The notes: generated from the letters alone by a model not told the origin. DNA of 64,000 bases from Actinomycetes bacterium (GCA_038246545.1 JBBRVW010000025.1:3864-67863), one strand, 5' to 3'; shown: positions 9,937-19,285, counted from the first letter of the stretch. Numbers and translations are program-made.

Positions 9937-11925
9937 ATGAGCGAGCTGCGTCTCGGGACGCTGACCATGCCGACGGCCGAGGTCGGTCCGGTCAACCCGT
10001 TGCCGCCGCTGTTCTCCGCGGCTGACCTGCACACGGTCGTCGACCTCGGCGAGGCCGATGCCGAGATGCGTCGCAACATCGGCTACGGCCGGGTGCGCTC
10101 GGTGCTGCCGTACCTGGACCAGGACGGTTACGGCCGCGACCGCCGGCCGACCGGGCACAGAGTGGCCGTGCTGGAGAACGATGTCCTGCGGGCCACGTTC
10201 CTCCTCGACCTCGGCGGCCGGCTGTGGTCCTTGGTGCACAAGCCCACCGGTCGGGAGCTGCTGCACCGGAACCCGGTCCTCCAGCCGGCGAACCTCGCCC
10301 TGCGGAACGCGTGGTTCGCCGGCGGTGTCGAGTGGAACATCGGGACCATCGGTCACTCCCCCACGACGTGCGAGCCGGTGCACGCCGCCCGGGTGTTGCA
10401 GCCGGACGGCACGCCGGTGCTGCGGATGTACGAGTTCGAGCGGTTGCGCGAGGTCGTGTTCCAGGTCGACGCGTGGCTCCCCGCGGGCTCCCCCGTGCTC
10501 CTGGTCCACGTCCGCGTCGTCAACCCCAACGACGTCGAGACGCCGATGTACTGGTGGACCAACATCGCGGTACCCCAGGCGGACGACGTCCGAGTGCTCG
10601 CTCCTGCCGACGGGGCCTGGCAGTTCGCCTACGACAGCCCCTTGCGACGCGTGCCGATCCCGGTCCTCGACGGACTGGACCGTACGTACACCACTCGCGC
10701 GTCCGCGGCCGCCGACTACTTCTTCGCGATCGCCGACAAGGAGCGGCGCTGGATCGCCGCACTGGACGGCCGCGGCGCGGGACTGGTGCAGACCTCCACC
10801 GACCGGCTCCGCGGCCGCAAGCTGTTCCTGTGGGGGAGGAGCCCCGGCGGCGACCACTGGCAGGAGTGGCTCGCGCAACCCGGCCGGGAGTACCTCGAGA
10901 TCCAGGCCGGCCTGGCTCGTACCCAGCTGGAGCACCTGCCCATGCCGGCACGGGCGTCGTGGTCGTGGGTCGAGGCGTACGGCCTGCTCCAGAGCGACGC
11001 GTCCGCCGTCCACGGCGACCACTGGTCGCGAGCACGAGCGGCCGTGTCGCGTGACCTGGAGGAGCTGATCCCTCGCGCCGAGCTCGACGGGGCGCTGACC
11101 GCCGCGGCTGCCTGGGCCGACGCCGCCCCGGTCGAAGCGCTGAACCGAGGGTCGGGGTGGGGAGCGCTCGAGCACATGGTGCGGGAGCGGGACGGCGACG
11201 ACTCGCTGTCCCTGCCCGGCACGCCGTTCGGCGACGAGACGCTCGCTCCTGCCCAGGAGGCCTGGGTCGAGCTCGTGCGAACCGGCCGGATGCCGTCGCC
11301 ACCGGCCGAGCAGGCACCGTCCTCGTACCAGACGAGCAGCCGGTGGATGCCGCTGCTCGAGGCGGCGGACGGGTGGTTGCCGACGCTGCACCTCGGGGTA
11401 GTCCTCGCCCACGCCGGAGACCTGCAAGGAGCCACCGATGCCTGGGTCCGTTCGCTCTCGGCCGAGCCGACGGCGTGGGCTGGGCGCAACCTGGCGGCCT
11501 TGGCCCGAGCCGACGGTGACCTCGAGCTGGCGCTCCGCCGCTACCGAGCTGCGCTCGTCCTTCACGAAGACGTCGCAGCGCTGAGGCGTGAGCTGGTCGA
11601 CACGTTGCTGGCCGCCGGCGATGGCGCGCAGGCGCTCGCGGTGATTGATGCCGCACCGGGCGAGCAACGCCTCCTGGGCCGCTTCCGGCTCGCCGAGATC
11701 CGCGCAGCGTTGCTGACCGGTGACCTCGACCGTGCCGGCCGGATCCTCCGGGACGGCGTGGTGCTGCCCGACGTGCGCGAGGGTGAGCCGGCGCTGCACG
11801 AGGTGTGGTTCGACTACCAGGCAGCGCTCGCGGCACGCGAGCAGCGTCGCCCGGTCGACGCCGACCTCGAGGCGCAGGTGCGTGCCGCCGTACCCATCCC
11901 GCAGGACCTCGATTTCCGGATGTAG
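9937..11925 (+). CDS. DUF5107-like protein with C-terminal TPR-like repeats
   Basis: 662-aa ORF directly after the permeases. N-terminal part (…NAWFAGGVEWNIGTIGHSPTT…MYWWTNIAV…) resembles DUF5107 by eye. C-terminal Ala/Leu-rich helical repeats. Confidence 0.7.
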   Translation: MSELRLGTLTMPTAEVGPVNPLPPLFSAADLHTVVDLGEADAEMRRNIGYGRVRSVLPYLDQDGYGRDRRPTGHRVAVLENDVLRATFLLDLGGRLWSLVHKPTGRELLHRNPVLQPANLALRNAWFAGGVEWNIGTIGHSPTTCEPVHAARVLQPDGTPVLRMYEFERLREVVFQVDAWLPAGSPVLLVHVRVVNPNDVETPMYWWTNIAVPQADDVRVLAPADGAWQFAYDSPLRRVPIPVLDGLDRTYTTRASAAADYFFAIADKERRWIAALDGRGAGLVQTSTDRLRGRKLFLWGRSPGGDHWQEWLAQPGREYLEIQAGLARTQLEHLPMPARASWSWVEAYGLLQSDASAVHGDHWSRARAAVSRDLEELIPRAELDGALTAAAAWADAAPVEALNRGSGWGALEHMVRERDGDDSLSLPGTPFGDETLAPAQEAWVELVRTGRMPSPPAEQAPSSYQTSSRWMPLLEAADGWLPTLHLGVVLAHAGDLQGATDAWVRSLSAEPTAWAGRNLAALARADGDLELALRRYRAALVLHEDVAALRRELVDTLLAAGDGAQALAVIDAAPGEQRLLGRFRLAEIRAALLTGDLDRAGRILRDGVVLPDVREGEPALHEVWFDYQAALAAREQRRPVDADLEAQVRAAVPIPQDLDFRM

Positions 11926-11960
11926 TGGCTCGGCCACGCACCACTGGTGACCCTGGCGGG

Positions 11961-12797
11961 TCAGCGCATGGCCAGCAGCGCCAGCAACCGTGCCGCCTCG
12001 GCGGCTAGGGCGTCGCGGGCAGTGCCCAGGTACCGCCGGGTGTCGACCACGTCCGGGTCCTCGGCAAGGTGCTGACGCAGGGCGGTGGTGAAGGCGTTGT
12101 TCAGGTGCGTGGCGATGTTCACCTTGGTCATCCCGGCACGGACGGCCGCCACCAGATCGGCGTCCGGGACACCGGAGGCACCGTGCAACACCAGTGGCAC
12201 CGGCACTCGTTCGTGGATCGCTGCGATCAGCTCCATGTCCAGCTGTGCCGTGCGGCTGGTCATCGCGTGCGAGGACCCGACGGCGACCGCCAGCGCATCG
12301 ACCCCGCAGTCCGCCACGAACTGCGCCGCAGCAGCCGGGTCGGTGCGCACGCCGGGGGCGTGCACGCCGTCCTTGCCGCCGATCTCGCCGAGCTCCGCCT
12401 CGACGTCGACGCCCGCGGCATGGCAGCGCTGCACGACCGCGCGGGTGGCGGTGCGGTTGGCCTCGTCACCGAGCCGCGACCCGTCGTACATCACCGAGGT
12501 GAAGCCGAGCGCGACAGCCTCGTCCACCAACGGCTCGCTGACCGCGTGGTCGAGGTGCAGCACGCACGGCACCGAAGCCCGCTCCGCGAGAGTGCGGGTC
12601 GCCAGCGTGACCGGCGCCAGCGAACCGTGGTAGCGCACGGCGTTCTCGCTGATCTGCAGCACGACCGGCAGGCCGGTCTGCTCGGCGGCCGCGACCAGCG
12701 CCTCAGCGTGCTCGAGCTGGATGACGTTGAACGCGCCGACACCACGCCCGGCGGCGGCGGCGACCGCGAGCACCTCGTCGAGCCGGGCGAGGGTCAC
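11961..12797 (-). CDS. Class II fructose/tagatose-bisphosphate aldolase family protein
   Basis: The ORF extends to 12809, but the GTG at 12797 overlaps the ROK gene stop (GTGA). Motifs AFNVIQLEHAEALVAAAE...VLHLDHA...AVAVGSSHAM...LVLHGASG. Confidence 0.85.
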   Translation of the reverse strand: MTLARLDEVLAVAAAAGRGVGAFNVIQLEHAEALVAAAEQTGLPVVLQISENAVRYHGSLAPVTLATRTLAERASVPCVLHLDHAVSEPLVDEAVALGFTSVMYDGSRLGDEANRTATRAVVQRCHAAGVDVEAELGEIGGKDGVHAPGVRTDPAAAAQFVADCGVDALAVAVGSSHAMTSRTAQLDMELIAAIHERVPVPLVLHGASGVPDADLVAAVRAGMTKVNIATHLNNAFTTALRQHLAEDPDVVDTRRYLGTARDALAAEAARLLALLAMR

Positions 12798-13711
12798 AGC
12801 GAGTCCCACGCGAGGCAGGCGGCGCCCAGGCAGCCGGCCCGTTCGCCGAGCCCAGCCTGCTCCAGCCGGGGCGGGCGCTGGAAGGTCAGGCGGCTCGCGA
12901 CGTCCGCGCGCAGCGGGTCCAGGAGAGCGGCGCCGCTCTCGGCGAGGCCGCCACCGATCAGGACGAGGTCGACCCCGGTGATGGTCACGGTGGCGACGAT
13001 CGCCTCCGCCAGTGCGGCGGTGGCCCGGGCCCAGACGGCCGTCGCGTGGGGGTCACCGGCAGACGTGCGGACGGCGATCTCCTCGGCCGATGCAGCTCCA
13101 CCCGTCCGCGCGGCGAACTCCCGTTCTATCGCGGCCGCCGAGGCGATCACCTCGAGGCACCCGGTCGCCCCGCAGCCGCAGGCCGGCCCGGTCGGGTCGA
13201 TGACGAGGTGCCCCAGCTCACCGGCCCGGCCGTCGGCGACGATCACCGCGCCGTCGAGCAGCAGTGCCCCGGCGATGCCGGTACCTACGGGGAGGAACAG
13301 CGCGTGCCGCGCACCGCGGGCAGCACCCAGGCGCGACTCGGCAAGCAGGCCGGCGCGCACGTCGTGGCCGACGACGGTCGGCACACCGAGCAACGACGCG
13401 ACCGAGTCGCGTATCGGCAGGTCCCGCCAGCCGAGGTTCACCGAGTACCGGCCGACACCGCGCACCTCGTCGACCAGGCCCGGGACGACGACGCCGCAGC
13501 CGACCAGCCGGCTGGCGCGGTCGTCCTTCGCCGCCGTGGCCAGCAGGTCGGTCACAGTCGCATGCACGACGGCGCCGAAGTCGGCGGCGATGTCCTTCGG
13601 GGTGGGCGCCGTGACGGCGGCCAGGGTGTCGTAGGCGGCGGTCACCAGGGCAGCCTTGATCCGGGTGCCCCCGACGTCGACGGCCGCCACCACGTCGGAC
13701 ACCTCGGCCAC
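12794..13711 (-). CDS. ROK family sugar kinase (no N-terminal HTH)
   Basis: 305-aa ORF. VDVGGTRIKAAL phosphate-1 motif at the extreme N-terminus. ROK zinc motif GHLVIDPTGPACGCGATGCLE. Confidence 0.9.
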   Translation of the reverse strand: MAEVSDVVAAVDVGGTRIKAALVTAAYDTLAAVTAPTPKDIAADFGAVVHATVTDLLATAAKDDRASRLVGCGVVVPGLVDEVRGVGRYSVNLGWRDLPIRDSVASLLGVPTVVGHDVRAGLLAESRLGAARGARHALFLPVGTGIAGALLLDGAVIVADGRAGELGHLVIDPTGPACGCGATGCLEVIASAAAIEREFAARTGGAASAEEIAVRTSAGDPHATAVWARATAALAEAIVATVTITGVDLVLIGGGLAESGAALLDPLRADVASRLTFQRPPRLEQAGLGERAGCLGAACLAWDSL

Positions 13712-13714
13712 GTC

Positions 13715-14638
13715 CTACTGCTGAGAGGCGGCCGGAGGCAGGACCACCGATCGGGTCAGGTGTCGCGGATGGTCCGGGTCGAGGTCCCCCTGCCGGGCCT
13801 TCGCGAGGCATAGCCGGTGCACCCGCACGAGCTCGGCGAGCGGGTCGATGTCCCTGCTCTCGAAGTGCGCACCGGTGCCGCGCACCTGCTCCGCCAGGCC
13901 CGGCGGCACCTCGCCGAGCGCCCAGGTGACCCGACCCGCGGTGGCGATGCTCACCGGTCCGTGCCGGTACTCCATCGCCGGGTACGACTCGGTCCAGAAC
14001 TGGGCCGACTCGCGCAGCTTGAGGGCCGCCTCCGCGGCCAGACCGATGGTCCAGCCCCGCCCCACGAAGGTCACCTGCTCGGCGTCGGCCACTCCGGCGA
14101 GGCACTGAGCCTCGTCCTCGGCCAGCACGGCGCGGGCGTCGGCGGTCGCGGCCGACAGGTCCTCGCCCAGTGAGGCCCGGAGCAGCGCCACGGTGGAGGT
14201 GGCGAACCGGGTCTGCACGACCGACTTCTCGTCGACCTCGGGCAGCAGGATGGTCCGGTCGGCCAGCTCCGTGACCGGCGTACCGGGCGTGGCGACGATC
14301 GCCGTCGTGACGAGGTCGCGGCCGCGCAGCGACGTCAGGACGTCGATCACCTCGGTGGTGGTACCGGACCGGGTGATGACCAGCACGGCATCGTAGCTGC
14401 GGTCGAGCCGGTGCTCGCTGGCAGCGAACGCGTCGGTCTCGCCGTGACCGGACTGCTCGCGGCGTGCGGCATAGACCTGGGCCATGAAGTACGACGTGCC
14501 GCAGCCGACGACCGCCACCCTCGCGCCGACCGCCGGCAGGGCGTCGGCGAGCTCCGGCAGCCGGGCGACGACGCCGGCCCAGTCGTCAGGCTGTCCGGCG
14601 ACCTCCCGCTGGAGGTCGCTGTCCGGGTTGAACGTCAC
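13715..14638 (-). CDS. SIS-domain aminosugar-phosphate isomerase/deaminase-like protein (GlmS C-terminal / AgaS / FrlB type)
   Basis: 307-aa ORF with two SIS-like halves. VAVVGCGTSYFMAQVYA...VLVITRSGTTTEV. No glutaminase domain. Confidence 0.8.
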   Translation of the reverse strand: MTFNPDSDLQREVAGQPDDWAGVVARLPELADALPAVGARVAVVGCGTSYFMAQVYAARREQSGHGETDAFAASEHRLDRSYDAVLVITRSGTTTEVIDVLTSLRGRDLVTTAIVATPGTPVTELADRTILLPEVDEKSVVQTRFATSTVALLRASLGEDLSAATADARAVLAEDEAQCLAGVADAEQVTFVGRGWTIGLAAEAALKLRESAQFWTESYPAMEYRHGPVSIATAGRVTWALGEVPPGLAEQVRGTGAHFESRDIDPLAELVRVHRLCLAKARQGDLDPDHPRHLTRSVVLPPAASQQ

Positions 14639-14704
14639 GGCGGCTCCCTGGCACTGGGTACGTTCGTCTTTCGACCGGTTTCGACCCTAGCCGAGCAACG
14701 GGAG

Positions 14705-15946
14705 ATGATGGCTCGCGTGACCGTTCCCCAGCCGATGCTCCTGACCGGGCGCCTGGTTACTGGCTCGACCATCATCGACGACGGCGTCCTGGTCGTGGAG
14801 GGTGACGCGATCCGGTACGCCGGGCCGGCGTCCGAGCTGCCGGCTCCCTGGCGGGACGTGCCGGTCTTCGATGCCCAGCCGGGCCGGCAGACCTTGCTGC
14901 CCGGACTGGTCGACGCGCACTGCCACGGCGGCGCGGGCGGCGAGTTCGGCGCGGCTACCGACTCGGCCGCGACCGCGGTCCGCCACCACCACGTGCACGG
15001 CACGACGACCGTGCTCGGCAGCCTGCTCTCGGCCACTGCTGACGAGATGGTGGCGGGGGTGCGTACGTGCGGCGCGCTGGTGGCCGGCGGGGATCTGGCC
15101 GGCATCCACCTGGAGGGCCCCTTCCTGTCCCACGAGCGTCGGGGGGCGCAGGACCCCGCGGCGCTCACCGACGTCGACCCGTCGCTCGTCGAGGCTGTCC
15201 TGCTGGCCGCCGAGTCGGTCGGGGCGCCCGGCGCGGTCGCGCAGATGACCTTCGCACCCGAACGCCGCGGCGCTGACCGGTTGCCCGCACTTCTGGGGGG
15301 TCACGGCATCCTGCCCGCCCTGGGGCACACCGACTGCGACGCCGCGACGGCACGGGCGTCGCTCCGGTCGTCCCTCGATTCCGCGCCGCGTGGCGGGCGA
15401 CCGCTGGTCACGCACGTCTTCAACGGCATGCCTCCGTTGCACCACCGGGATCCCGGCCCGGTAGCCGCCTGCCTGGCGCAGGCCGGCCGGGGCGAAGCAG
15501 TGCTCGAGGTCATCGGCGACGGCGTGCACCTGTCTGCGGAGACCGTGCGGATGCTGTTCGACCTGGTGGGACCGCAGGCGATCTGCCTGGTCACCGACGC
15601 GATGGCGGCCAGCGGCATGCCGGACGGCAGCTACACACTGGGCGGGCGGGACGTCCTTGTCGCCGACCGGACGGTGCGGCTGGCCGAAGGCGGCTCGATC
15701 GCCGGCGGCGTGGCCACTCTGCTCGATGTCGTGCGCTGGTGCGTGGCCGAGGCCGGCATCCCCTTGCTGGACGCCGTCACGGCGGCCTCGGTCACACCCG
15801 CACAGACCCTCGGTCTGACCGGCGTCGGGTCGCTCGCGGCCGGACAGCAGGCCGATGTCGTCCTGGTGGACGACGACCTGCAACTGAGGCGAGTGATGCG
15901 CCGCGGCAGCTGGCTCGCACCCGACGTCCCCGACAGCGACCGGTAA
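14705..15946 (+). CDS. nagA: N-acetylglucosamine-6-phosphate deacetylase
   Basis: Real start is taken at ATG 14705, inside the longer ORF 14411..15946. Motifs [46 protein letters not shown]. Divergent from the SIS/ROK/aldolase genes. Confidence 0.9.
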   Translation: MMARVTVPQPMLLTGRLVTGSTIIDDGVLVVEGDAIRYAGPASELPAPWRDVPVFDAQPGRQTLLPGLVDAHCHGGAGGEFGAATDSAATAVRHHHVHGTTTVLGSLLSATADEMVAGVRTCGALVAGGDLAGIHLEGPFLSHERRGAQDPAALTDVDPSLVEAVLLAAESVGAPGAVAQMTFAPERRGADRLPALLGGHGILPALGHTDCDAATARASLRSSLDSAPRGGRPLVTHVFNGMPPLHHRDPGPVAACLAQAGRGEAVLEVIGDGVHLSAETVRMLFDLVGPQAICLVTDAMAASGMPDGSYTLGGRDVLVADRTVRLAEGGSIAGGVATLLDVVRWCVAEAGIPLLDAVTAASVTPAQTLGLTGVGSLAAGQQADVVLVDDDLQLRRVMRRGSWLAPDVPDSDR

Positions 15947-15962
15947 GGAGGGCCGCAACGCC

Positions 15963-16745
15963 ATGGAGGTCGTCATCGTTCCGGATGCCGCCACGATCGG
16001 CGAGCTCGCCGCCGACGCGGTCGTCGCCCTGCTGGCGCGAAAGCCGACAGCTGTCCTCGGGCTGGCGACCGGGTCCAGCCCGCTGGTGGTGTACGCCGAG
16101 CTGATCCGTCGGTACGACGCAGGCGAGGTGAGCTTCGCGCGCAGTCGCGCGTTCCTGCTGGACGAGTACGTCGGGCTGCCGGCCGAGCACCCGCAGCAGT
16201 ACCGGTCGGTGATCCGTCGCGAGCTGGAGGTGCGGGTCGACTTCCCCCCTGACGCGATCGCCGGTCCGGACGGCCTGGCCGACGACCTGCCTGCGGTGTG
16301 CTCCGACTACGAGCGAGCACTCACCGACGCGGGAGGAGTCGACCTGCAGCTGCTGGGCGTCGGGTCGGACGGTCACGTCGCCTTCAACGAGCCTGGCTCC
16401 TCGCTGAGCTCGCGGACACGGATCAAGACCCTGACTGCTCGCACCCGTGCAGACAACGAGCGGTTCTTCGAGCCGCCGGACGAGGTGCCGCACCACGTGC
16501 TCACCCAGGGGCTGGGCACCATCCTCGACGCGCGGCACCTCGTGCTGATCGCGCGGGGTTCGGGCAAGGCGTCGGCCGTGCATCAGCTGGTCGAGGGCCC
16601 TTTGTCCGCGTTCTGCCCGGCCTCAGTGCTGCAGCTGCACCCGCACGCGACCGTTCTGCTGGACGACGACGCGGCAGGGCAGCTCCGGCTCGCCGACTAC
16701 TACCGGGAGACGTACGCCGACAAGCCCCACTGGCAGGGGCTGTAG
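15963..16745 (+). CDS. nagB: Glucosamine-6-phosphate deaminase
   Basis: 260-aa ORF. LGLATGSSP, FLLDEYVGL, LLGVGSDGHVAFNEPGSS. Confidence 0.95.
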   Translation: MEVVIVPDAATIGELAADAVVALLARKPTAVLGLATGSSPLVVYAELIRRYDAGEVSFARSRAFLLDEYVGLPAEHPQQYRSVIRRELEVRVDFPPDAIAGPDGLADDLPAVCSDYERALTDAGGVDLQLLGVGSDGHVAFNEPGSSLSSRTRIKTLTARTRADNERFFEPPDEVPHHVLTQGLGTILDARHLVLIARGSGKASAVHQLVEGPLSAFCPASVLQLHPHATVLLDDDAAGQLRLADYYRETYADKPHWQGL

Positions 16746-16823
16746 CCGGCCGAAGGAAATGCCGGGACGGCCCCGGGCGCGATGGTCAGGTTATGTGCAG
16801 GTGCGGTCGTGGACCTTGGCCTC

Positions 16824-17615
16824 ATGACTGCTACCAGCACCGTCACCCGTCGCGGCCAGATGCTGAACAAGGTTCCCGAAGTCACGGTGTACTTCTGGAT
16901 CATCAAGGTCCTGTGCACGACCGTCGGAGAGAGCTTCGCCGACTACATCAACGAGACGCTGGGGTTCGGGCTGGCGAAGACGACCATCGTGTTCTCGGCC
17001 GCGTTGGTCGTCGTGCTGGTGGCGCAGTTCCGGGTGCGTCAGTACGTGCCCGGCATCTACTGGCTGGCTGTGGTGCTGATCAGCGTGGTCGGGACGCTGC
17101 TGACCGACAACCTCACCGATGGCCAGGGCGTGCCGCTGTGGCTCAGCAGCACGGTGTTCGCAGTCCTGCTCGCCGCCGTGTTCGGCGTCTGGTACGCCCG
17201 CGAGGGGACGCTGTCGATCCACACGATCGTCACGACCCCACGGGAGGCCTTCTACTGGCTGACCGTCCTGGTGACCTTCGCGCTCGGTACTGCCGCCGGC
17301 GACTGGACCCTCGAGCTGACCGGCTGGTCCGCCGGCGCGGCAGTCCTGCTGCCCCTGGGGCTGATCGTCGCGGTGCTCGTGGCGTGGAAGCTCGGCGCCG
17401 GCCCGGTGCTGTCGTTCTGGCTCGCCTACATCCTGACCCGCCCGCTGGGTGCCAACATCGGCGACTTCCTCGGCTCGCCCCGTTCGGACGGTGGGCTGGG
17501 TCTGGGCACCTTCGGCACGAGCGTTCTCTTCCTCGGCACCATCCTGGCCGTGGTGGTCTTCCTCAGCGTCACGCACAGGGACCGGACCGAGACCGCCCGC
17601 CCCGCCGTCGACTGA
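16824..17615 (+). CDS. Integral membrane protein (COG4705-like, repeated YxWxxxxxTxxGxxxGD-type segments)
   Basis: The ORF opens at 16782. ATG 16824 is chosen and the start is uncertain. About 8 hydrophobic segments. Repeated motif TVGESFADY / ALGTAAGDW / TRPLGANIGDF. Confidence 0.7.
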   Translation: MTATSTVTRRGQMLNKVPEVTVYFWIIKVLCTTVGESFADYINETLGFGLAKTTIVFSAALVVVLVAQFRVRQYVPGIYWLAVVLISVVGTLLTDNLTDGQGVPLWLSSTVFAVLLAAVFGVWYAREGTLSIHTIVTTPREAFYWLTVLVTFALGTAAGDWTLELTGWSAGAAVLLPLGLIVAVLVAWKLGAGPVLSFWLAYILTRPLGANIGDFLGSPRSDGGLGLGTFGTSVLFLGTILAVVVFLSVTHRDRTETARPAVD

Positions 17616-17618
17616 CCC

Positions 17619-18086
17619 ATGCCCGTTCTGCTCGCGAAAGGTCGCCATCCCATGCCAGACACGCGCACGGCCCGGATCCTCGTCGTCACCGACAAGGCCG
17701 CCCCCACCCCGGAGCTGGTCGCCGCGATCGGCGGACGCGCCGCAAGCGGGCCGGCCCAGTTCCGGGTCGTCGTCCTCAACCCCACGCGTGCCGAGCTGCA
17801 CCTGCTCCACCCCGAGCGGCATGACAAGGCGGCCGAGGCCGAGCAGGCCCTGCATGCGGCGCTTCCGGACCTCCAGCTGGCCGCGGGCGGCCCGGTGATC
17901 GGTTCCGTGTCGGTGCGTCACGACCCCATGGACGCGGTCGAGGAGGCGGTCTTCAGCGAGCCGATCGACGAGATCATGCTGGCGGTCCCGGAACACCATC
18001 TCGCCACTCGCCTGCACCAGGATCTCCGGCACCGACTGCATCACCTCGGGCTCCCGGTGACCGTGGTCGCCCCGGTCCCGGTCTAG
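17619..18086 (+). CDS. USP-like (adenine-nucleotide alpha-hydrolase-like fold) small protein, paralog 1
   Basis: 155-aa ORF (alternative ATG at 17652). ARILVVTDKAAPTPELVAAI...LLHPERHDKAAEAEQAL...VSVRHDPMDAVEEAVFSEPIDEIMLAVP. Fold assignment is by eye only. Confidence 0.65.
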   Translation: MPVLLAKGRHPMPDTRTARILVVTDKAAPTPELVAAIGGRAASGPAQFRVVVLNPTRAELHLLHPERHDKAAEAEQALHAALPDLQLAAGGPVIGSVSVRHDPMDAVEEAVFSEPIDEIMLAVPEHHLATRLHQDLRHRLHHLGLPVTVVAPVPV

Positions 18087-18147
18087 CCGCGCCGGGTCGG
18101 TCGGTCGCCGTCAGCCCGTGGGCCGGTGAGAGGCGGCTTCGTGCGCA

Positions 18148-18642
18148 GTGGTGGCGTCGGTGGTGCGGCGCCTCGGTCGCGGTGTCACGATGACCGGGGT
18201 GAACACCGTCGTCATCGAGGGCAGACCGCCCAGAGTCCTGGTCGTGACCGACAAGACCGTGGCCACGTCGCAGCTCATGGCCGCGATCCGGGACCGCGCC
18301 GCCCGCGGACCCGCGCAGTTCCGTCTGCTGGTGCCCAACCCGGCTGCGGCCGAGGTCCACCTCCTCCACCCCGAACGGCACGACAAGGCCGACGAGGCCG
18401 AGCTGGCTCTGCTCGAGGCGCTGCCCGCCATCGAGGCGGCCGCCGGCGGCCACGTCGTCGCCTCGGTGTCGGTACGCCACGACCCGATGGACGCGATCGA
18501 GGCGGTGCTGTTCGACGAGCCGGTCGACGAGATCATCCTGTCGGTGCCGAGCCACAGCGTCACGCGCTGGCTGCATCAGGACCTGGCGCACCGGCTCCGG
18601 CACACCGGGTTGCCGGTCACCGCGGTGGAGGAGCTGCCCTGA
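18148..18642 (+). CDS. USP-like small protein, paralog 2 (tandem duplicate of 17619..18086)
   Basis: 164-aa ORF (alternative ATG at 18190). PRVLVVTDKTVATSQLMAAI...LLHPERHDKADEAELAL...VSVRHDPMDAIEAVLFDEPVDEIILSVP aligns colinearly with paralog 1. Confidence 0.65.
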   Translation: MVASVVRRLGRGVTMTGVNTVVIEGRPPRVLVVTDKTVATSQLMAAIRDRAARGPAQFRLLVPNPAAAEVHLLHPERHDKADEAELALLEALPAIEAAAGGHVVASVSVRHDPMDAIEAVLFDEPVDEIILSVPSHSVTRWLHQDLAHRLRHTGLPVTAVEELP

Positions 18643-18779
18643 TCAGCCAGCGGCCGCCACTGAAGCCGGCACACCCGCCACGGACCGGCCCGCGGACACG
18701 CGCATCTGGCCACCCACCGTCGGGCGACATCGTTCGTCAGCTGACGGTGGCGGAGCACCGATGGGCTCGGGATGTTCGG

Positions 18780-19285
18780 TCAGCGCGGAACTCCGGCGGC
18801 TGGCAGACCGCAGCGGGTGAACAGCAGTGACGTGTCGACGGAGCCACCGACCCGATGCCACGGCTGGGCAAGGAAGTTGCCAGGCGAGATCGTGCCGTCG
18901 ACCGGTGTCAGCGTCAGCGTGTCGCGGTACAGCGACCAGCCGTAGTCGAACAGCTCCCCGGGCTTGTTGGCGGCCCCGGTGGGTGCGATGCCACCACCGT
19001 CGAGATCCGCCACTCCACCTGCCGATCCTGCACGATCCCGGTGCCGTAGCCCAGGTACAGGCCACGCCGTTCTGCTGGGTGAAGGCGAACCGGCCGCGGT
19101 CGACGAGGAACACCCAGTCACCGAAGTTCTCGGGAGCTACGGATCCCTCCGAATCGTCCCCGGCGACGAGCGTCTGCCGGGCGGACGTCGTCATGGCCCA
19201 CGTCCCGTCCAGCGGGCCGTGCTCACCGGCCTTCGGGGCGCCGAGTGCGGCCTCAGGCGCGATGCCGTCGCAGGACGGCCTCCGA
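18780..19285 (-). pseudogene. Lipoprotein-like gene remnant, 5'-truncated and needing two frame changes
   Basis: Protein-like text appears in three minus-strand frames. The segments are ...SCDGIAPEAALGAPKAGEHGPLDGTWAMTTSARQTLVAGDDSEGSVAPENFGDWVFLVDRGRFAFTQQNGVACTW, then YGTGIVQDRQVEW, then ADLDGGGIAPTGAANKPGELFDYGWSLYRDTLTLTPVDGTISPGNFLAQPWHRV. Frame switches are near 19051 and 19010. No hydrophobic signal sequence lies upstream. Confidence 0.6.
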
